The position numbers and the translations under genes were made by a program. A stretch of DNA of 28,554 nucleotides. Source: Burkholderiaceae bacterium. Its GTDB lineage: Bacteria > Pseudomonadota > Gammaproteobacteria > Burkholderiales > Burkholderiaceae_B. The notes beneath the pieces are model-generated. The model was given only the letters and a program-made list of their open reading frames with translations, had not been told where the DNA came from and did no database searches. Positions 1 through 9,355 of the stretch are shown here, in pieces. Numbering within the stretch: the stretch's first letter is position 1; every line of letters begins with the position of its first letter. The stretch covers positions 1 through 28,554 of the forward strand of contig DATGSD010000116.1 in NCBI GenBank assembly GCA_035302965.1, written 5' to 3'.

Positions 1-76
1 TGCTCATTAACAAACCCGCCGAAAGCATCGCGCAAGCGGACACAACAACGGGTAGGCGTAAGTAAACCGAAGGCAT
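1..76 (-). CDS. 5' end of a gene running off the left edge; N-terminus resembles a signal peptide (exported protein, function unknown)
   Basis: ATG at 76-74 with GGAG Shine-Dalgarno upstream (TTGGAGACAGTGTTATG); reads MPSVYLRLPVVVSACAMLSAGLLMS, open to the window edge. Not in the ORF track. Confidence 0.6.
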   Translation of the reverse strand, partial: MPSVYLRLPVVVSACAMLSAGLLMS

Positions 77-379
77 AACACTGTCTCCAAAAAAGTGTAA
101 GGCTTTAGTTGTCTGACAGCATAGGGGTGTTGCCTTCAGGGGCGTTAAGCAATTTGTCCATAAAAATCGTCAGTTTGTCTCTTGGTGTTTTTAACATTTG
201 TTTTGTGATTAATTAAAAAACAAGGCTGTTGCTTGTGCCCCGATTTGTTAGACTGGGTGTCGACCAATTACAAATTACCTTGATGGGGGTTGGTAGCGTT
301 GGCTGTGATGCCTGGGCTGGCGGCATAGTTTGTGCACCCCAAAAGCCTCTGTCCTTTTGAACGCAGGAGTCTGGCATTC

Positions 380-1570
380 GTGGATAGTTTTCAAACACAA
401 CTCAGCGAGTTTTGGAAAGTCACCAAAGAAGTCTGGGATACGGGTCTCTTTGGTGCATCGATAGGCGATGTGCTTGTGGCCATCGTCATTTTTTTAATTT
501 TTTATGTTTTGCGTGGGTGGTTTCGGCGCCTTATTACAGCCATTATCGAGCGTTGGTTTGCGCGTCGCGAAGGGGCTAGGTCGACTCAGTTGGGGGGCAT
601 CATCAGCCATGCCTTGTCTGGGCCGCTACAGCTTTTATTTGTCACCTTTGGTATCTTTTTTGCCCTGCAATATTTAGGGCCTGAAGGCAAAATCGGGCTG
701 TTTGGCGACCGCATCGTCCGTACCTTGGTAGCCATCGCGATTTTCTGGGCGGTTTACGACATTGTTCAGCCATTGGGGGCGTTGTTTAAACGCTTCGATA
801 AGGTTTTAACCCACGACATGATCGACTGGCTGTTACGCGGCATCCATTGGGCCGTGTTTTTTGTTGCCGCCGCCACAATTTTGCAGTTATGGGGTATTCA
901 GGTTGCGCCAATTATTGCCGGTTTAGGCTTATTTGGTGTTGCCGTTGCTTTAGGGGCTCAAGAGCTTTTCCGTAACTTAATTGGTGGCCTGTGCATTTTA
1001 ATTGAAAAACAATTCCGTAAAGGTGAATGGATCGCCGTCGATGGCGTTGCCGAAGGTACGGTCGAGCGCATTGGTTTTCGCTCAACATTAATTCGACGCT
1101 TCGATGCGGCGCCCGTTTCGGTACCCAATATGAAATTGTCCGATGCCGCGGTAACTAATTTTTCGCGCATGCAAGCACGGCGTATCTCATGGAAGATTTC
1201 ATTGCGCTACGACTCTACTATTGAGCAACTCGAATCGATTCGTAGCAAAATCGAGGCGTTTCTAAAAAATGATCAGGCGTTTGTGAAACCGCCACAAGCG
1301 TCGTTGTTTGTGCGTATCGATGCTATTGCCGATTCCTCTATCGATATCATGTTGTATACATTTACGGTAACAACCGTTTGGGGCGAATGGCTCGAACATA
1401 AAGAGCGCTTATTGCTCTTTATCAAAGAAGTTGTCGAAGAATCGGGTACCGACTTTGCCTACCCAACCCAGTCGATTGTTGTCGAATCCGACATGCCTGA
1501 CGTTCCCGCACCTTTTGTGGGTAGAACTGAAGCGGGTAAGGCCGACGGTGGGGCAGCGGCGGCTTCTTAA
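380..1570 (+). CDS. mscS: Small-conductance mechanosensitive channel, MscS family (YnaI-like size)
   Basis: Several N-terminal TM helices, AGLGLFGVAVALGAQELFRNLIGG TM3 motif, GEWI..GTVERIGFRST beta domain, VPN. ORF track starts at 332; GTG at 380 is preferred because AGGAG lies at 365-369. Confidence 0.92.
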   Translation: MDSFQTQLSEFWKVTKEVWDTGLFGASIGDVLVAIVIFLIFYVLRGWFRRLITAIIERWFARREGARSTQLGGIISHALSGPLQLLFVTFGIFFALQYLGPEGKIGLFGDRIVRTLVAIAIFWAVYDIVQPLGALFKRFDKVLTHDMIDWLLRGIHWAVFFVAAATILQLWGIQVAPIIAGLGLFGVAVALGAQELFRNLIGGLCILIEKQFRKGEWIAVDGVAEGTVERIGFRSTLIRRFDAAPVSVPNMKLSDAAVTNFSRMQARRISWKISLRYDSTIEQLESIRSKIEAFLKNDQAFVKPPQASLFVRIDAIADSSIDIMLYTFTVTTVWGEWLEHKERLLLFIKEVVEESGTDFAYPTQSIVVESDMPDVPAPFVGRTEAGKADGGAAAAS

Positions 1571-1596
1571 GGCTTTATAGCTAATAATTAATTTAT

Positions 1597-1637
1597 AAAA
1601 AAACCGCTTGGCAGCGTAGGCAGCTTAGCGGTTTTTG
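1597..1637. terminator. Bidirectional intrinsic terminator between convergent mscS and methyltransferase
   Basis: AAAAAAACCGCT...AGCGGTTTTT inverted repeat with an A-run on the left and a T-run on the right. Confidence 0.8.
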
Positions 1638-1640
1638 CAA

Positions 1641-1721
1641 TTTACAGCGGATTTACGGCAAATCTACGCCACATCTACGGCGAATTGACGGTATAGATTT
1701 TACGGCAAATTTTATGGCATT
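1641..1721. repeat. Degenerate 11-bp tandem repeat, 7 units, consensus TYTACGGCRAA
   Basis: Units at 1641 TTTACAGCGGA, 1652 TTTACGGCAAA, 1663 TCTACGCCACA, 1674 TCTACGGCGAA, 1685 TTGACGGTATA, 1699 TTTACGGCAAA, 1711 TTTATGGCATT. Confidence 0.75.
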
Positions 1722-2490
1722 AAGTGGTGTCGTAAATTGTGTCGAGTTCTTTATCTTCAAAAATTAGGGTAAAGCGTTTTCTGGAAGTTGTTGTACTTCC
1801 TTGAAGCTCAATTCTGAGCGTATTACCCGTAAGCGTTGCGCGTTTTAAGTCGCGCTCGTCGTCGCCTTCCCAAACCCGCCCCTTAACCATTTGGTAGCGC
1901 TGGGTTAATTCGAGATGGTAGGGCGTGCCATCGAGGCCTTCCCATTCCCATTGGCCAGCAACTTGAGCCGGTATAATCCACTTATATAGGCGGGTGCCGC
2001 TTAATTCGCGGCGTTCGTCGGCTTGCCAGTCGCCCATATCGAAGGCGTGCGAAATAACGCGTGTGCCAGGCCGCAACTCGCTTAATAATTTGCTGCGTAG
2101 TTTGACGTTAACCGATTGCAATAAGTACAGGGTAACAATGGTCGCTTCGCCAATTTCGGCGGTAAAAATATCGTCTTCAATAAAATCAACAAGGTGTTCA
2201 ACCCGAGAAAGTGCAGCGTACTCCATTGCTTCGGCTACGCGAAGTGGGTCGAGCTCGATACCTACGCTGCGAATATGACGCTGCAAAGCGGCCTCGACCA
2301 CGATGCGTCCATCGCCCGAACCCAAATCGTAAAGCACGTCTCGGCGCCCCACTTCAGCCAGTTTCAGCATGGCTTCAACCATGGCTTCATCGGTAGGAAC
2401 AAAAGGCACATCGAGATGGATATCAGCGGGTTCTTGTTGAGCCGGATCATCGAATAAATCGTTAAAGTACGAAGAGTCCAAAGACAGCAC
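1720..2490 (-). CDS. Class I SAM-dependent methyltransferase, substrate unknown
   Basis: DVPFVPT, LYDLGSGDGRIV (motif I), GIELD (motif II), VTLYLL, VISHAFDMGDW; extra C-terminal beta-rich domain. The GTG start is uncertain. Confidence 0.88.
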   Translation of the reverse strand: MLSLDSSYFNDLFDDPAQQEPADIHLDVPFVPTDEAMVEAMLKLAEVGRRDVLYDLGSGDGRIVVEAALQRHIRSVGIELDPLRVAEAMEYAALSRVEHLVDFIEDDIFTAEIGEATIVTLYLLQSVNVKLRSKLLSELRPGTRVISHAFDMGDWQADERRELSGTRLYKWIIPAQVAGQWEWEGLDGTPYHLELTQRYQMVKGRVWEGDDERDLKRATLTGNTLRIELQGSTTTSRKRFTLIFEDKELDTIYDTT

Positions 2491-2595
2491 CTATAAAATA
2501 AGAGGTTGCAGATAGGCGGAAACCGCTCCCGCCATAGTACCAAACATCATAAGCCGCAAAATACTGTGTGGTTTTAACTTTATAGGAGACGACAA

Positions 2596-3573
2596 ATGGG
2601 GCTATTAGTTGATGGCCAATGGCACGACGAATGGTACGACACCGATGCTAGTGGCGGGCGTTTTATTCGTAGCGATTCACAATTCCGAAACTGGGTGACG
2701 CCCGACGGCCAGCCTGGACCGAGTGGCGAGGGTGGCTTTAAAGCCGAAGCTGGCCGCTACCATTTATATGTATCGCTAGCCTGCCCCTGGGCGCATCGGG
2801 TGCTGATTATGCGGGCCTTAAAAGGTTTAGAAGACCTTATTAGCGTTTCGGTGGTTAACCCCTATATGGGCGAGCATGGCTGGACGTTTCAAGCGGGCTC
2901 GGGTGTTATTGCCGACCCAGTGCAACAATCGCGCTATTTATACCAGCTATACACCAAGGCCCAACACGATTACTCGGGGCGTGTAACCGTACCCATGCTT
3001 TGGGATCTTAAGCAAAATACCATCGTTAACAACGAATCATCCGAGCTTTTGCGCATGCTAAATTCGGCCTTTGATGGGCTAGGTGCCAAAGAAGGTGATT
3101 ACACCCCCGCTCATTTACTCGACGATATCGATGCAATTAATGCCGTTGTTTACGATCGCGTTAATAATGGCGTGTATAAAGCGGGCTTTGCCACGTCGCA
3201 AAACGTTTATGAAGAAGAAGTTAAGCGTTTATTTACTGCGCTTGATGAACTTGAAGCGCGTTTAAGCAAGCAGCCGTATTTAGTCGGAAACGACATTACC
3301 GAGGCCGATTGGCGCTTATTTACGACCTTAATCCGCTTCGATTCTGTTTATTTTGGCCATTTTAAATGCAACCTTAAGCCCTTAAGCCAGTATAAAAATC
3401 TCTGGAGCTATACGCGCGAGCTTTACCAATGGCCCGGTGTTGCTGCTACGGTTAACTTTCAGCATATTAAGCAACATTATTACACCAGCCACCCAACCAT
3501 TAACCCCAATCGAATCGTTCCCGTAGGGCCAGAGCTAAACCTTTTGCAAGCTCCCGACCGTGTGTTTCATTAA
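2596..3573 (+). CDS. yqjG: Glutathionyl-hydroquinone reductase (omega/Xi-class glutathione transferase, YqjG-like)
   Basis: MGLLVDGQW start, YHLYVSLACPWAHR catalytic motif, TVPMLWD, NNESSE, NNGVYKAGFA, HIKQHYYTSH, NPNRIVP; AGGAG SD. Confidence 0.93.
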   Translation: MGLLVDGQWHDEWYDTDASGGRFIRSDSQFRNWVTPDGQPGPSGEGGFKAEAGRYHLYVSLACPWAHRVLIMRALKGLEDLISVSVVNPYMGEHGWTFQAGSGVIADPVQQSRYLYQLYTKAQHDYSGRVTVPMLWDLKQNTIVNNESSELLRMLNSAFDGLGAKEGDYTPAHLLDDIDAINAVVYDRVNNGVYKAGFATSQNVYEEEVKRLFTALDELEARLSKQPYLVGNDITEADWRLFTTLIRFDSVYFGHFKCNLKPLSQYKNLWSYTRELYQWPGVAATVNFQHIKQHYYTSHPTINPNRIVPVGPELNLLQAPDRVFH

Positions 3574-3879
3574 TTTACCAGTGCTGGTTTGCGCGTAAAA
3601 AGTGTTTTTGTACAACAGCATTTATTACGTATTCAGAATCTTTCTTTTTTCTAAACGCAGCCTTTGCTAGGCAAAGCCAATAAACCGTAGGCTTTTGCTG
3701 CAGTGCAAGGTATAAAATGGGCTTATTCGCGCATTGGCATAAGCTAATAAGATTTTCTTCGTTCCTTTTCAGGGTGTAACTAACTACTATTTTTACTAAG
3801 GCTAAGCAAAAGGCTTTGTTTTTCAACACCGATGGCTTAGCACCTGTTTTAGTTAGACACTCTTTAAAGGAAAGCAGAA

Positions 3880-4806
3880 ATGTCATGGAAAAAATGGCTG
3901 CTACAGACGGCGTCTGTATTAGCAATTTCAGCAAGCAGCGCTTGGGCAGCAAGCTCTAGCCCTTACTTAGTTAGCACCGATTGGCTAGAAGAAAACCTTA
4001 ACAACGACAAAGTTCGCGTGGTCGAAGTTAGCGTCAACCCTGGCGTGTTCGAGCGTGGTCACATCCCTGGTGCCGTAAATTTTAATTGGCACACCGATTT
4101 GGTTAATACTGTCGAGCGCGATATTGCCGATAAAGACAGTTTCCAACAACTCCTACGCGACAGTGGCATTAGCGACGACACCACTACCGTGCTGTATGGC
4201 GACACCAATAACTGGTTTGCTGCCTGGGGCGCATGGGTGTTCGATATTTACGGTGTCGACAACGTTAAATTACTTGACGGTGGCCGAGTTAAATGGGAAG
4301 CCGAAGGCCGGCCCCTATCGGTAGAAGCTGCTCAGCCAGCAGCCGGAAACATCACACTTAACGATGCCGACCCCAACCTACGAGCCTATTTAAGCGATGT
4401 TGTTGCTGCCGCTCGTGGAGAAACCGATGTGGCCATCGTCGACATTCGCTCAGCTGACGAATATAACGGCAAAATTTTTGCGCCTGATGGTGTTCCCGAG
4501 CTATCGATTCGTGCTGGTCACGTACCTGGTGCAGTAAACGTTGTTTGGAGCGAGTTGGTAGCCGAAGACGGCACATTCAAGCCGGTTGACGAAATTAAAG
4601 CAATTTATGCCAATGTTGGCATTGACGGCAGCAAGCCCATTATTACCTACTGCCGTATTGGCGAGCGCTCCAGCCACTCGTGGTTTGCTCTAAACAAGCT
4701 TTTAGGCTACGACACTAAAAACTACGACGGCTCCTGGACCGAATACGGCAATGCAGTCGGTGTTCCTATCAACAACCCAGCTGGCACAGTTTGGGGCAAC
4801 ATCTAA
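3880..4806 (+). CDS. Tandem-domain rhodanese/thiosulfate sulfurtransferase with a predicted Sec signal peptide
   Basis: GHIPGAV, LLDGG, GHVPGAVN, active-site YCRIGERS, NYDGSWTEY; N-terminal MSWKKWLLQTASVLAISASSAWA with an AxA cleavage site. Confidence 0.93.
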   Translation: MSWKKWLLQTASVLAISASSAWAASSSPYLVSTDWLEENLNNDKVRVVEVSVNPGVFERGHIPGAVNFNWHTDLVNTVERDIADKDSFQQLLRDSGISDDTTTVLYGDTNNWFAAWGAWVFDIYGVDNVKLLDGGRVKWEAEGRPLSVEAAQPAAGNITLNDADPNLRAYLSDVVAAARGETDVAIVDIRSADEYNGKIFAPDGVPELSIRAGHVPGAVNVVWSELVAEDGTFKPVDEIKAIYANVGIDGSKPIITYCRIGERSSHSWFALNKLLGYDTKNYDGSWTEYGNAVGVPINNPAGTVWGNI

Positions 4807-4818
4807 ATTAGGAATACT

Positions 4819-6024
4819 GTGACGGCTTGGTTTCGTTATAGTACAGCCATCGCATTGGCGGTGGCTGTCTTGCTTTCGGCTTGGGCCGTTACCGACCTTC
4901 CTCAAGAAGGGCGTGTATTGGCCTTTTCTATTTTGTCAGGCGCGGCCTTTGGCTTTGTTTTGCAACGTTCCCGCTTTTGCTTTTATTGCATTGCACGCGA
5001 TTACTTCGAATTTCGCGACGCCAATGGCTTGCTAGGGCTGCTACTAGCACTCGGGGTAGGCTTAGTCGGTTATTACGTATTATTTAGCGTTTTTTCACCG
5101 ACACCGGTTGCGGGGCGTTTGCCGGCTGGGGCACACATCGGACCGGTCAGCTGGGTGCTAGCCGTTGGAGCGGCCACGTTCGGTTTTGGAATGGCGTTGG
5201 CGGGCTCATGCATTAGCGCGCATCTATACCGTTTAGGCGAAGGTTCGTTGGCGTCTATTGTGGCACTATTGGGCGCTATTATTGGTTTCGGTTTGGGTTT
5301 TGCGTCTTGGAACCCTTTGTATTTAGCCACCATTCACGATGCGCCCATTGTTTGGTTGCCGCACCGCTTGGGCTACGGCTGGTCGTTATTAATACAGCTG
5401 GTTGTGTTGTTTGCCCTGGCTGCCGTGTTGTTAAGGGGCCATCGAGCACCTAACAATTCAAACAAACCGTCACCCCTTATGTCGGCCGAGCCTAATTTTC
5501 GCCGCCTTGGTCATGTATTGTTCGCTCAGCGTTGGCCAACCTATGTTGGCGGCTTATTAGTGGCAGTCATCGGCGTCATGGCTTTTTTGCGCAGTGGTGC
5601 TTTGGGAGTCACCGCCGAACTGGGTAGTATCGCGCGTACAACCGCGGCTAATTTCGATTTATTACCAGCTCGCTTGTTCGGCTTAGATGGTTTTGCGGGT
5701 TGTGCCACGGTGGTAAAACAAACCTTGTTGTCGCGCAACGGCTTATTTGTTGTGTTTCTAATAGCGGGTTCGTGGTGTAGTGCCCTTTTGGCAAACGAAT
5801 TCCGCCTGCAGTGGCCATCGGGCACCGCTTTGTTGCGCAATTTCGCCGGCGGCGTACTAATGGGCTGGGGCGGTATGCTGGCCTTAGGCTGTACAGTGGG
5901 TACCTTGCTGTCTGGCATTATGGCCGGCGCCTTATCGGGGTGGTTATTTGCAGTTTTTTGTTTTCTTGGTGCTTGGCTAGGCTGGAAGCTTAGAAAAACT
6001 GGTCTAAATAAATTTGTTAATTAA
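4819..6024 (+). CDS. yeeE: YeeE/YedE-family sulfur-compound (thiosulfate) transporter
   Basis: Polytopic, Gly-rich; RSRFCF, GMALAGSCISAHLYRLGEGS and GGMLALGCTVG motifs carry the family's three Cys positions. GTG start 12 nt after the rhodanese stop. Confidence 0.88.
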   Translation: MTAWFRYSTAIALAVAVLLSAWAVTDLPQEGRVLAFSILSGAAFGFVLQRSRFCFYCIARDYFEFRDANGLLGLLLALGVGLVGYYVLFSVFSPTPVAGRLPAGAHIGPVSWVLAVGAATFGFGMALAGSCISAHLYRLGEGSLASIVALLGAIIGFGLGFASWNPLYLATIHDAPIVWLPHRLGYGWSLLIQLVVLFALAAVLLRGHRAPNNSNKPSPLMSAEPNFRRLGHVLFAQRWPTYVGGLLVAVIGVMAFLRSGALGVTAELGSIARTTAANFDLLPARLFGLDGFAGCATVVKQTLLSRNGLFVVFLIAGSWCSALLANEFRLQWPSGTALLRNFAGGVLMGWGGMLALGCTVGTLLSGIMAGALSGWLFAVFCFLGAWLGWKLRKTGLNKFVN

Positions 6025-6054
6025 GGGTGGTTGTTTGTAAACAGCCGCTCTTAC
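6025..6054 (+). terminator. Possible terminator hairpin after yeeE
   Basis: GGGTGGTTGTT-TGTA-AACAGCCGCTC stem with G-U pairs; the U-tail is weak. Confidence 0.4.
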
Positions 6055-6107
6055 TATAGTTGAATGACTTACCCGTTAGGGGCATTTAGTATTGGGGCTG
6101 GTGGGCT

Positions 6108-6356
6108 ATGTTAATGGGCAATGTTTTAATCTTGCTTGGCCTATACTGCGTCTGCTTTACCTTGTTTTCTATCGTTTCGATTCTCGAAGCAGGTACCTCA
6201 AAATAGGCGGCTAAGTCGGCTTAATTAAAACGGGTAGCTGTACTTGGCAGCATAGTCTGCCCACCCTTGTTGTTGGCCTTTATTCCAACAATTTTGGATC
6301 GCGCCATGCATCGCATCAGGGTTAAGCGGGTTTATCGCGAGCAAAGAGTAATGTAA
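6108..6356 (+). pseudogene. Probable pseudogene of a small two-TM membrane protein with two in-frame stops
   Basis: One frame reads MLMGNVLILLGLYCVCFTLFSIVSILEAGTSK*AAKSA*LKRVAVLGSIVCPPLLLAFIPTILDRAMHRIRVKRVYREQRVM*, with stops TAG 6204-6206 and TAA 6222-6224. Confidence 0.4.
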
Positions 6357-6662
6357 GTGATTGTGTTTTTGGGTTCAATTAGCTACGCCTAAATAGACCA
6401 GAGCTTACTAGACACATTTTTGCCCTATAAACTGAGCGCTCGCGGCTATATTGCTTGTGGAGCAATTCGGGGTGCCCCCGCTAGCAGCCAGCGCTTAGCA
6501 GATTTTTCTGGCCGCACTTGGCTGGCGGTGGACGACGCGGTACAAGCTTACGATACGCTCTCATCGCAAGGAATCGACAAAGCACTTAAAAGGGGCAGTC
6601 ATTCTGGCAGCGCCGACAAACCGCACCACATACGACGCCTTCGCCGGTTAGGTCGCTCAAAC

Positions 6663-6690
6663 AAAAACGCCCAACCAAGACGGTTAGGCG
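6663..6690 (-). terminator. Intrinsic terminator of tRNA-Phe
   Basis: Minus strand CGCCTAACC-GTCTT-GGTTGGGCG-TTTTT, 8 nt past the tRNA CCA end. Confidence 0.8.
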
Positions 6691-6698
6691 ATATAAGT

Positions 6699-6774
<76 letters not shown>

Positions 6775-6896
6775 CAAAAAAAGTTAATCATACACGATTT
6801 TTTACTTCTGTGCATGGTTTTGGTCAGGAGGTTTATAATAGGCGGTGATGCTGCATTTTATCTATGCTAAGTTCGGGCTTTACTGCTCGCAAAAAA

Positions 6897-8177
6897 ATGT
6901 CTGTTGATGTCTTAACGTTTGGGCTTAATCATGTTTCGGCACCGCTAGCGGTGCGCGAGCGGGTGTCGCTGCCCGTCGATCTTTTACGCCCGGCGCTCGA
7001 TGGTTTGCGCAGTGCGTTTGGTTCGTCGGTGCGCGAAGCGGCCATTTTGTCCACCTGCAACCGCACCGAGGTTTATTGCGCGGCCGAGCCCCATATTGCC
7101 GACCAGCTGCCGGCCTGGATGGCCGATTTTAATCGGCTCGAGTCGGTTAGTTTGCAGCCCCATTTGTATCGTTATCAACACAACGAGGCGGTGCGCCACG
7201 CGTTTCGGGTGGCTAGTGGGCTCGATTCGATGGTGGTTGGCGAGCCCCAAATTCTTGGGCAAATGAAAGATGCCGTGCGAGCCGCTACCGAGGCAGGCTC
7301 GCTCGGAACTCTGCTGCATCAGTTGTTTCAGCGTACATTTTCAGTGGCCAAAGAAGTTCGTTCACATACGGCTATTGGCGCGCATTCCGTGTCTATGGCC
7401 GCTGCTGCTGTGCGTTTAGCCGAGCGCGTTTTCGACGACCTTAGCCAAGCCAATGTTTTATTTATTGGCGCCGGCGAAATGATCGAGCTTTGCGCTACCC
7501 ATTTTGCTGCACGTCAGCCTGCAAGAATGGCGGTTGCTAACCGTACAGCCGAAAGGGCCCAAGTGTTGGCCTCGCGTTTTAATGCCGATACCTTGCGCCT
7601 TGCCCAATTATCAGAAAGCTTGGCCGACTTCGACGTTGTGGTGTCGTGTACGGCAAGTACGTTACCCATTTTAGGCTTGGGCATGCTCGAGCGCATAACG
7701 CGTCTGCGTCGCCACCGCCCCATTGTTATGGTCGATCTGGCCGTGCCGCGCGATATCGAAGCCGAAGTCGGTCGCTTGCCCGACATTTACCTTTACACGG
7801 TCGACGATCTTGGTCGCATGGTGCAAAGTGGGTCGGAGGCGCGTCAAGCAGCGGTTGTGCAGGCCGAAGCCATTATCGATGCCCGTGTTAAAAACTTTAT
7901 GCACTGGCTAGAAAACCGCGAAATCGTTCCTACCCTAGTTGATATGCAAGAAACAGCCGAGCAACTTAGTGCGGCCGAGGTCGAAAAAGCCCAACGCTTG
8001 TTGGCTCGTGGGGTAGAACCTAGCGAAGCTTTGCGGTATTTGGCGCGCAACCTAACACAAAAATACATGCACGGCCCTTTGTCTGAACTTAATCAAAGTA
8101 GCCCTGCCCAACGCGAACAATTATTACAGCTGTTGCCGCGGCTTTTGCCCGACCCTAACGCACCCCGTCGGCGCTAA
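6897..8177 (+). CDS. hemA: Glutamyl-tRNA reductase
   Basis: [57 protein letters not shown]. Start placed at ATG 6897 by family N-terminus; the ORF track gives 6864. Confidence 0.97.
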   Translation: MSVDVLTFGLNHVSAPLAVRERVSLPVDLLRPALDGLRSAFGSSVREAAILSTCNRTEVYCAAEPHIADQLPAWMADFNRLESVSLQPHLYRYQHNEAVRHAFRVASGLDSMVVGEPQILGQMKDAVRAATEAGSLGTLLHQLFQRTFSVAKEVRSHTAIGAHSVSMAAAAVRLAERVFDDLSQANVLFIGAGEMIELCATHFAARQPARMAVANRTAERAQVLASRFNADTLRLAQLSESLADFDVVVSCTASTLPILGLGMLERITRLRRHRPIVMVDLAVPRDIEAEVGRLPDIYLYTVDDLGRMVQSGSEARQAAVVQAEAIIDARVKNFMHWLENREIVPTLVDMQETAEQLSAAEVEKAQRLLARGVEPSEALRYLARNLTQKYMHGPLSELNQSSPAQREQLLQLLPRLLPDPNAPRRR

Positions 8178-8225
8178 AGCGGCTTACTATTCATGTTTTT
8201 GTTTCAATTTTCAGCCTAAATACTT

Positions 8226-9302
8226 ATGAAAAGCTCTATGCGCAGTCGCCTCGAGCAGTTATCGCATCGGCTTGCCGAGATCGATGCCATGCTGGCCGAG
8301 CCCGAAATTGCAACCGATATGGATCGCTTTCGCCAGTTAAGTCGCGAGCGCTCCGAAATCGACCCGGTGGTAGGGGTGTTCCACCAATACACCGAGGCCG
8401 AGCAAGCGATGCGCGAGGCGCAAGAGCTAATGAGCGACCCCGAAATGAAGGCCTTGGCCGAAGACGAATACCAAGAAAACCGTCAAGCCATCGAAAAGCT
8501 CGAAGACGAGCTGCAAATCTTGCTGTTGCCACGCGACCCAGACGATAAACGCAATGTGTTTTTAGAAATTCGTGCCGGTACGGGGGGCGATGAAAGCGCT
8601 TTGTTTGCTGGCGACTTGCTGCGTATGTATACGCGCTACGCTGAAAACCGCGGTTGGCGTGTCGAGCTTATGTCAGAAAGTCCGTCCGAGCTTGGCGGCT
8701 ATAAAGAAGTCATTGCTTTTATCGAGGGTGCCGATGTTTACGGCCGCTTAAAGTTTGAATCGGGCGCCCACCGCGTCCAGCGAGTACCCGAAACCGAAAC
8801 GCAGGGACGGGTGCATACGTCGGCGTGTACGGTTGCCGTATTACCCGAGGCCGATGAGGCTACCGACATCATTATCAACCCCGCCGATTTGCGCATCGAT
8901 ACCTTCCGTGCTAGCGGTGCTGGGGGTCAGCACGTTAACAAAACCGATTCGGCGGTTCGTATTACCCACCTACCCACAGGCACGGTTGTCGAATGCCAAG
9001 ACGACCGCTCGCAGCATCGCAACCGCGACAAAGCTATGCAGGTGTTAGCCGCACGTTTGCGCGACCAACAGCAGCAAGAGCTGCAGGCCCAAGAGGCCCA
9101 AGAGCGTAAAAGCTTAATCGGAACTGGCGATCGCTCTGAGCGCATTCGCACCTATAACTATCCGCAAGGGCGTGTCACCGATCACCGCATCAACCTCACG
9201 CTTTACAAGCTTCAGGCCATTATGGAAGGCGAGCTCGACGAGCTTACCGACACCTTGCTTGCCGAGCACCAGGCCGAATTGTTGGCCAGCATGGCCGAAT
9301 AA
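8226..9302 (+). CDS. prfA: Peptide chain release factor 1
   Basis: [24 protein letters not shown] (PxT), [32 protein letters not shown]. Confidence 0.98.
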   Translation: MKSSMRSRLEQLSHRLAEIDAMLAEPEIATDMDRFRQLSRERSEIDPVVGVFHQYTEAEQAMREAQELMSDPEMKALAEDEYQENRQAIEKLEDELQILLLPRDPDDKRNVFLEIRAGTGGDESALFAGDLLRMYTRYAENRGWRVELMSESPSELGGYKEVIAFIEGADVYGRLKFESGAHRVQRVPETETQGRVHTSACTVAVLPEADEATDIIINPADLRIDTFRASGAGGQHVNKTDSAVRITHLPTGTVVECQDDRSQHRNRDKAMQVLAARLRDQQQQELQAQEAQERKSLIGTGDRSERIRTYNYPQGRVTDHRINLTLYKLQAIMEGELDELTDTLLAEHQAELLASMAE

Positions 9303-9313
9303 GCGGCCAATTG

Positions 9314-9355
9314 CCAGCCGTTATTTTTTGCGGGGTATCTAACGGCTGGTTTTTT
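9314..9355 (+). terminator. Intrinsic-terminator-like hairpin between prfA and prmC
   Basis: CCAGCCGTTA-(16 nt)-TAACGGCTGG followed by TTTTTT. Confidence 0.6.

Noticed and set aside
3575-3952. 125-aa minus-strand ORF in the yqjG-rhodanese spacer
   Set aside because: AT-rich, no motif or SD, and it overlaps the rhodanese start; most likely spurious over regulatory DNA.
6306-6356. MHRIRVKRVYRE resembling the DUF488/YeaO N-terminus
   Set aside because: No following DRLWPRG motif in the frames I read; better explained as the basic tail of the putative membrane pseudogene.
6108-6356. Stop-codon reassignment as the explanation for the in-frame TAG and TAA
   Set aside because: TAG ends atpE, atpG and atpC, TAA ends most other genes, and RF1 is intact; the standard code is in use.
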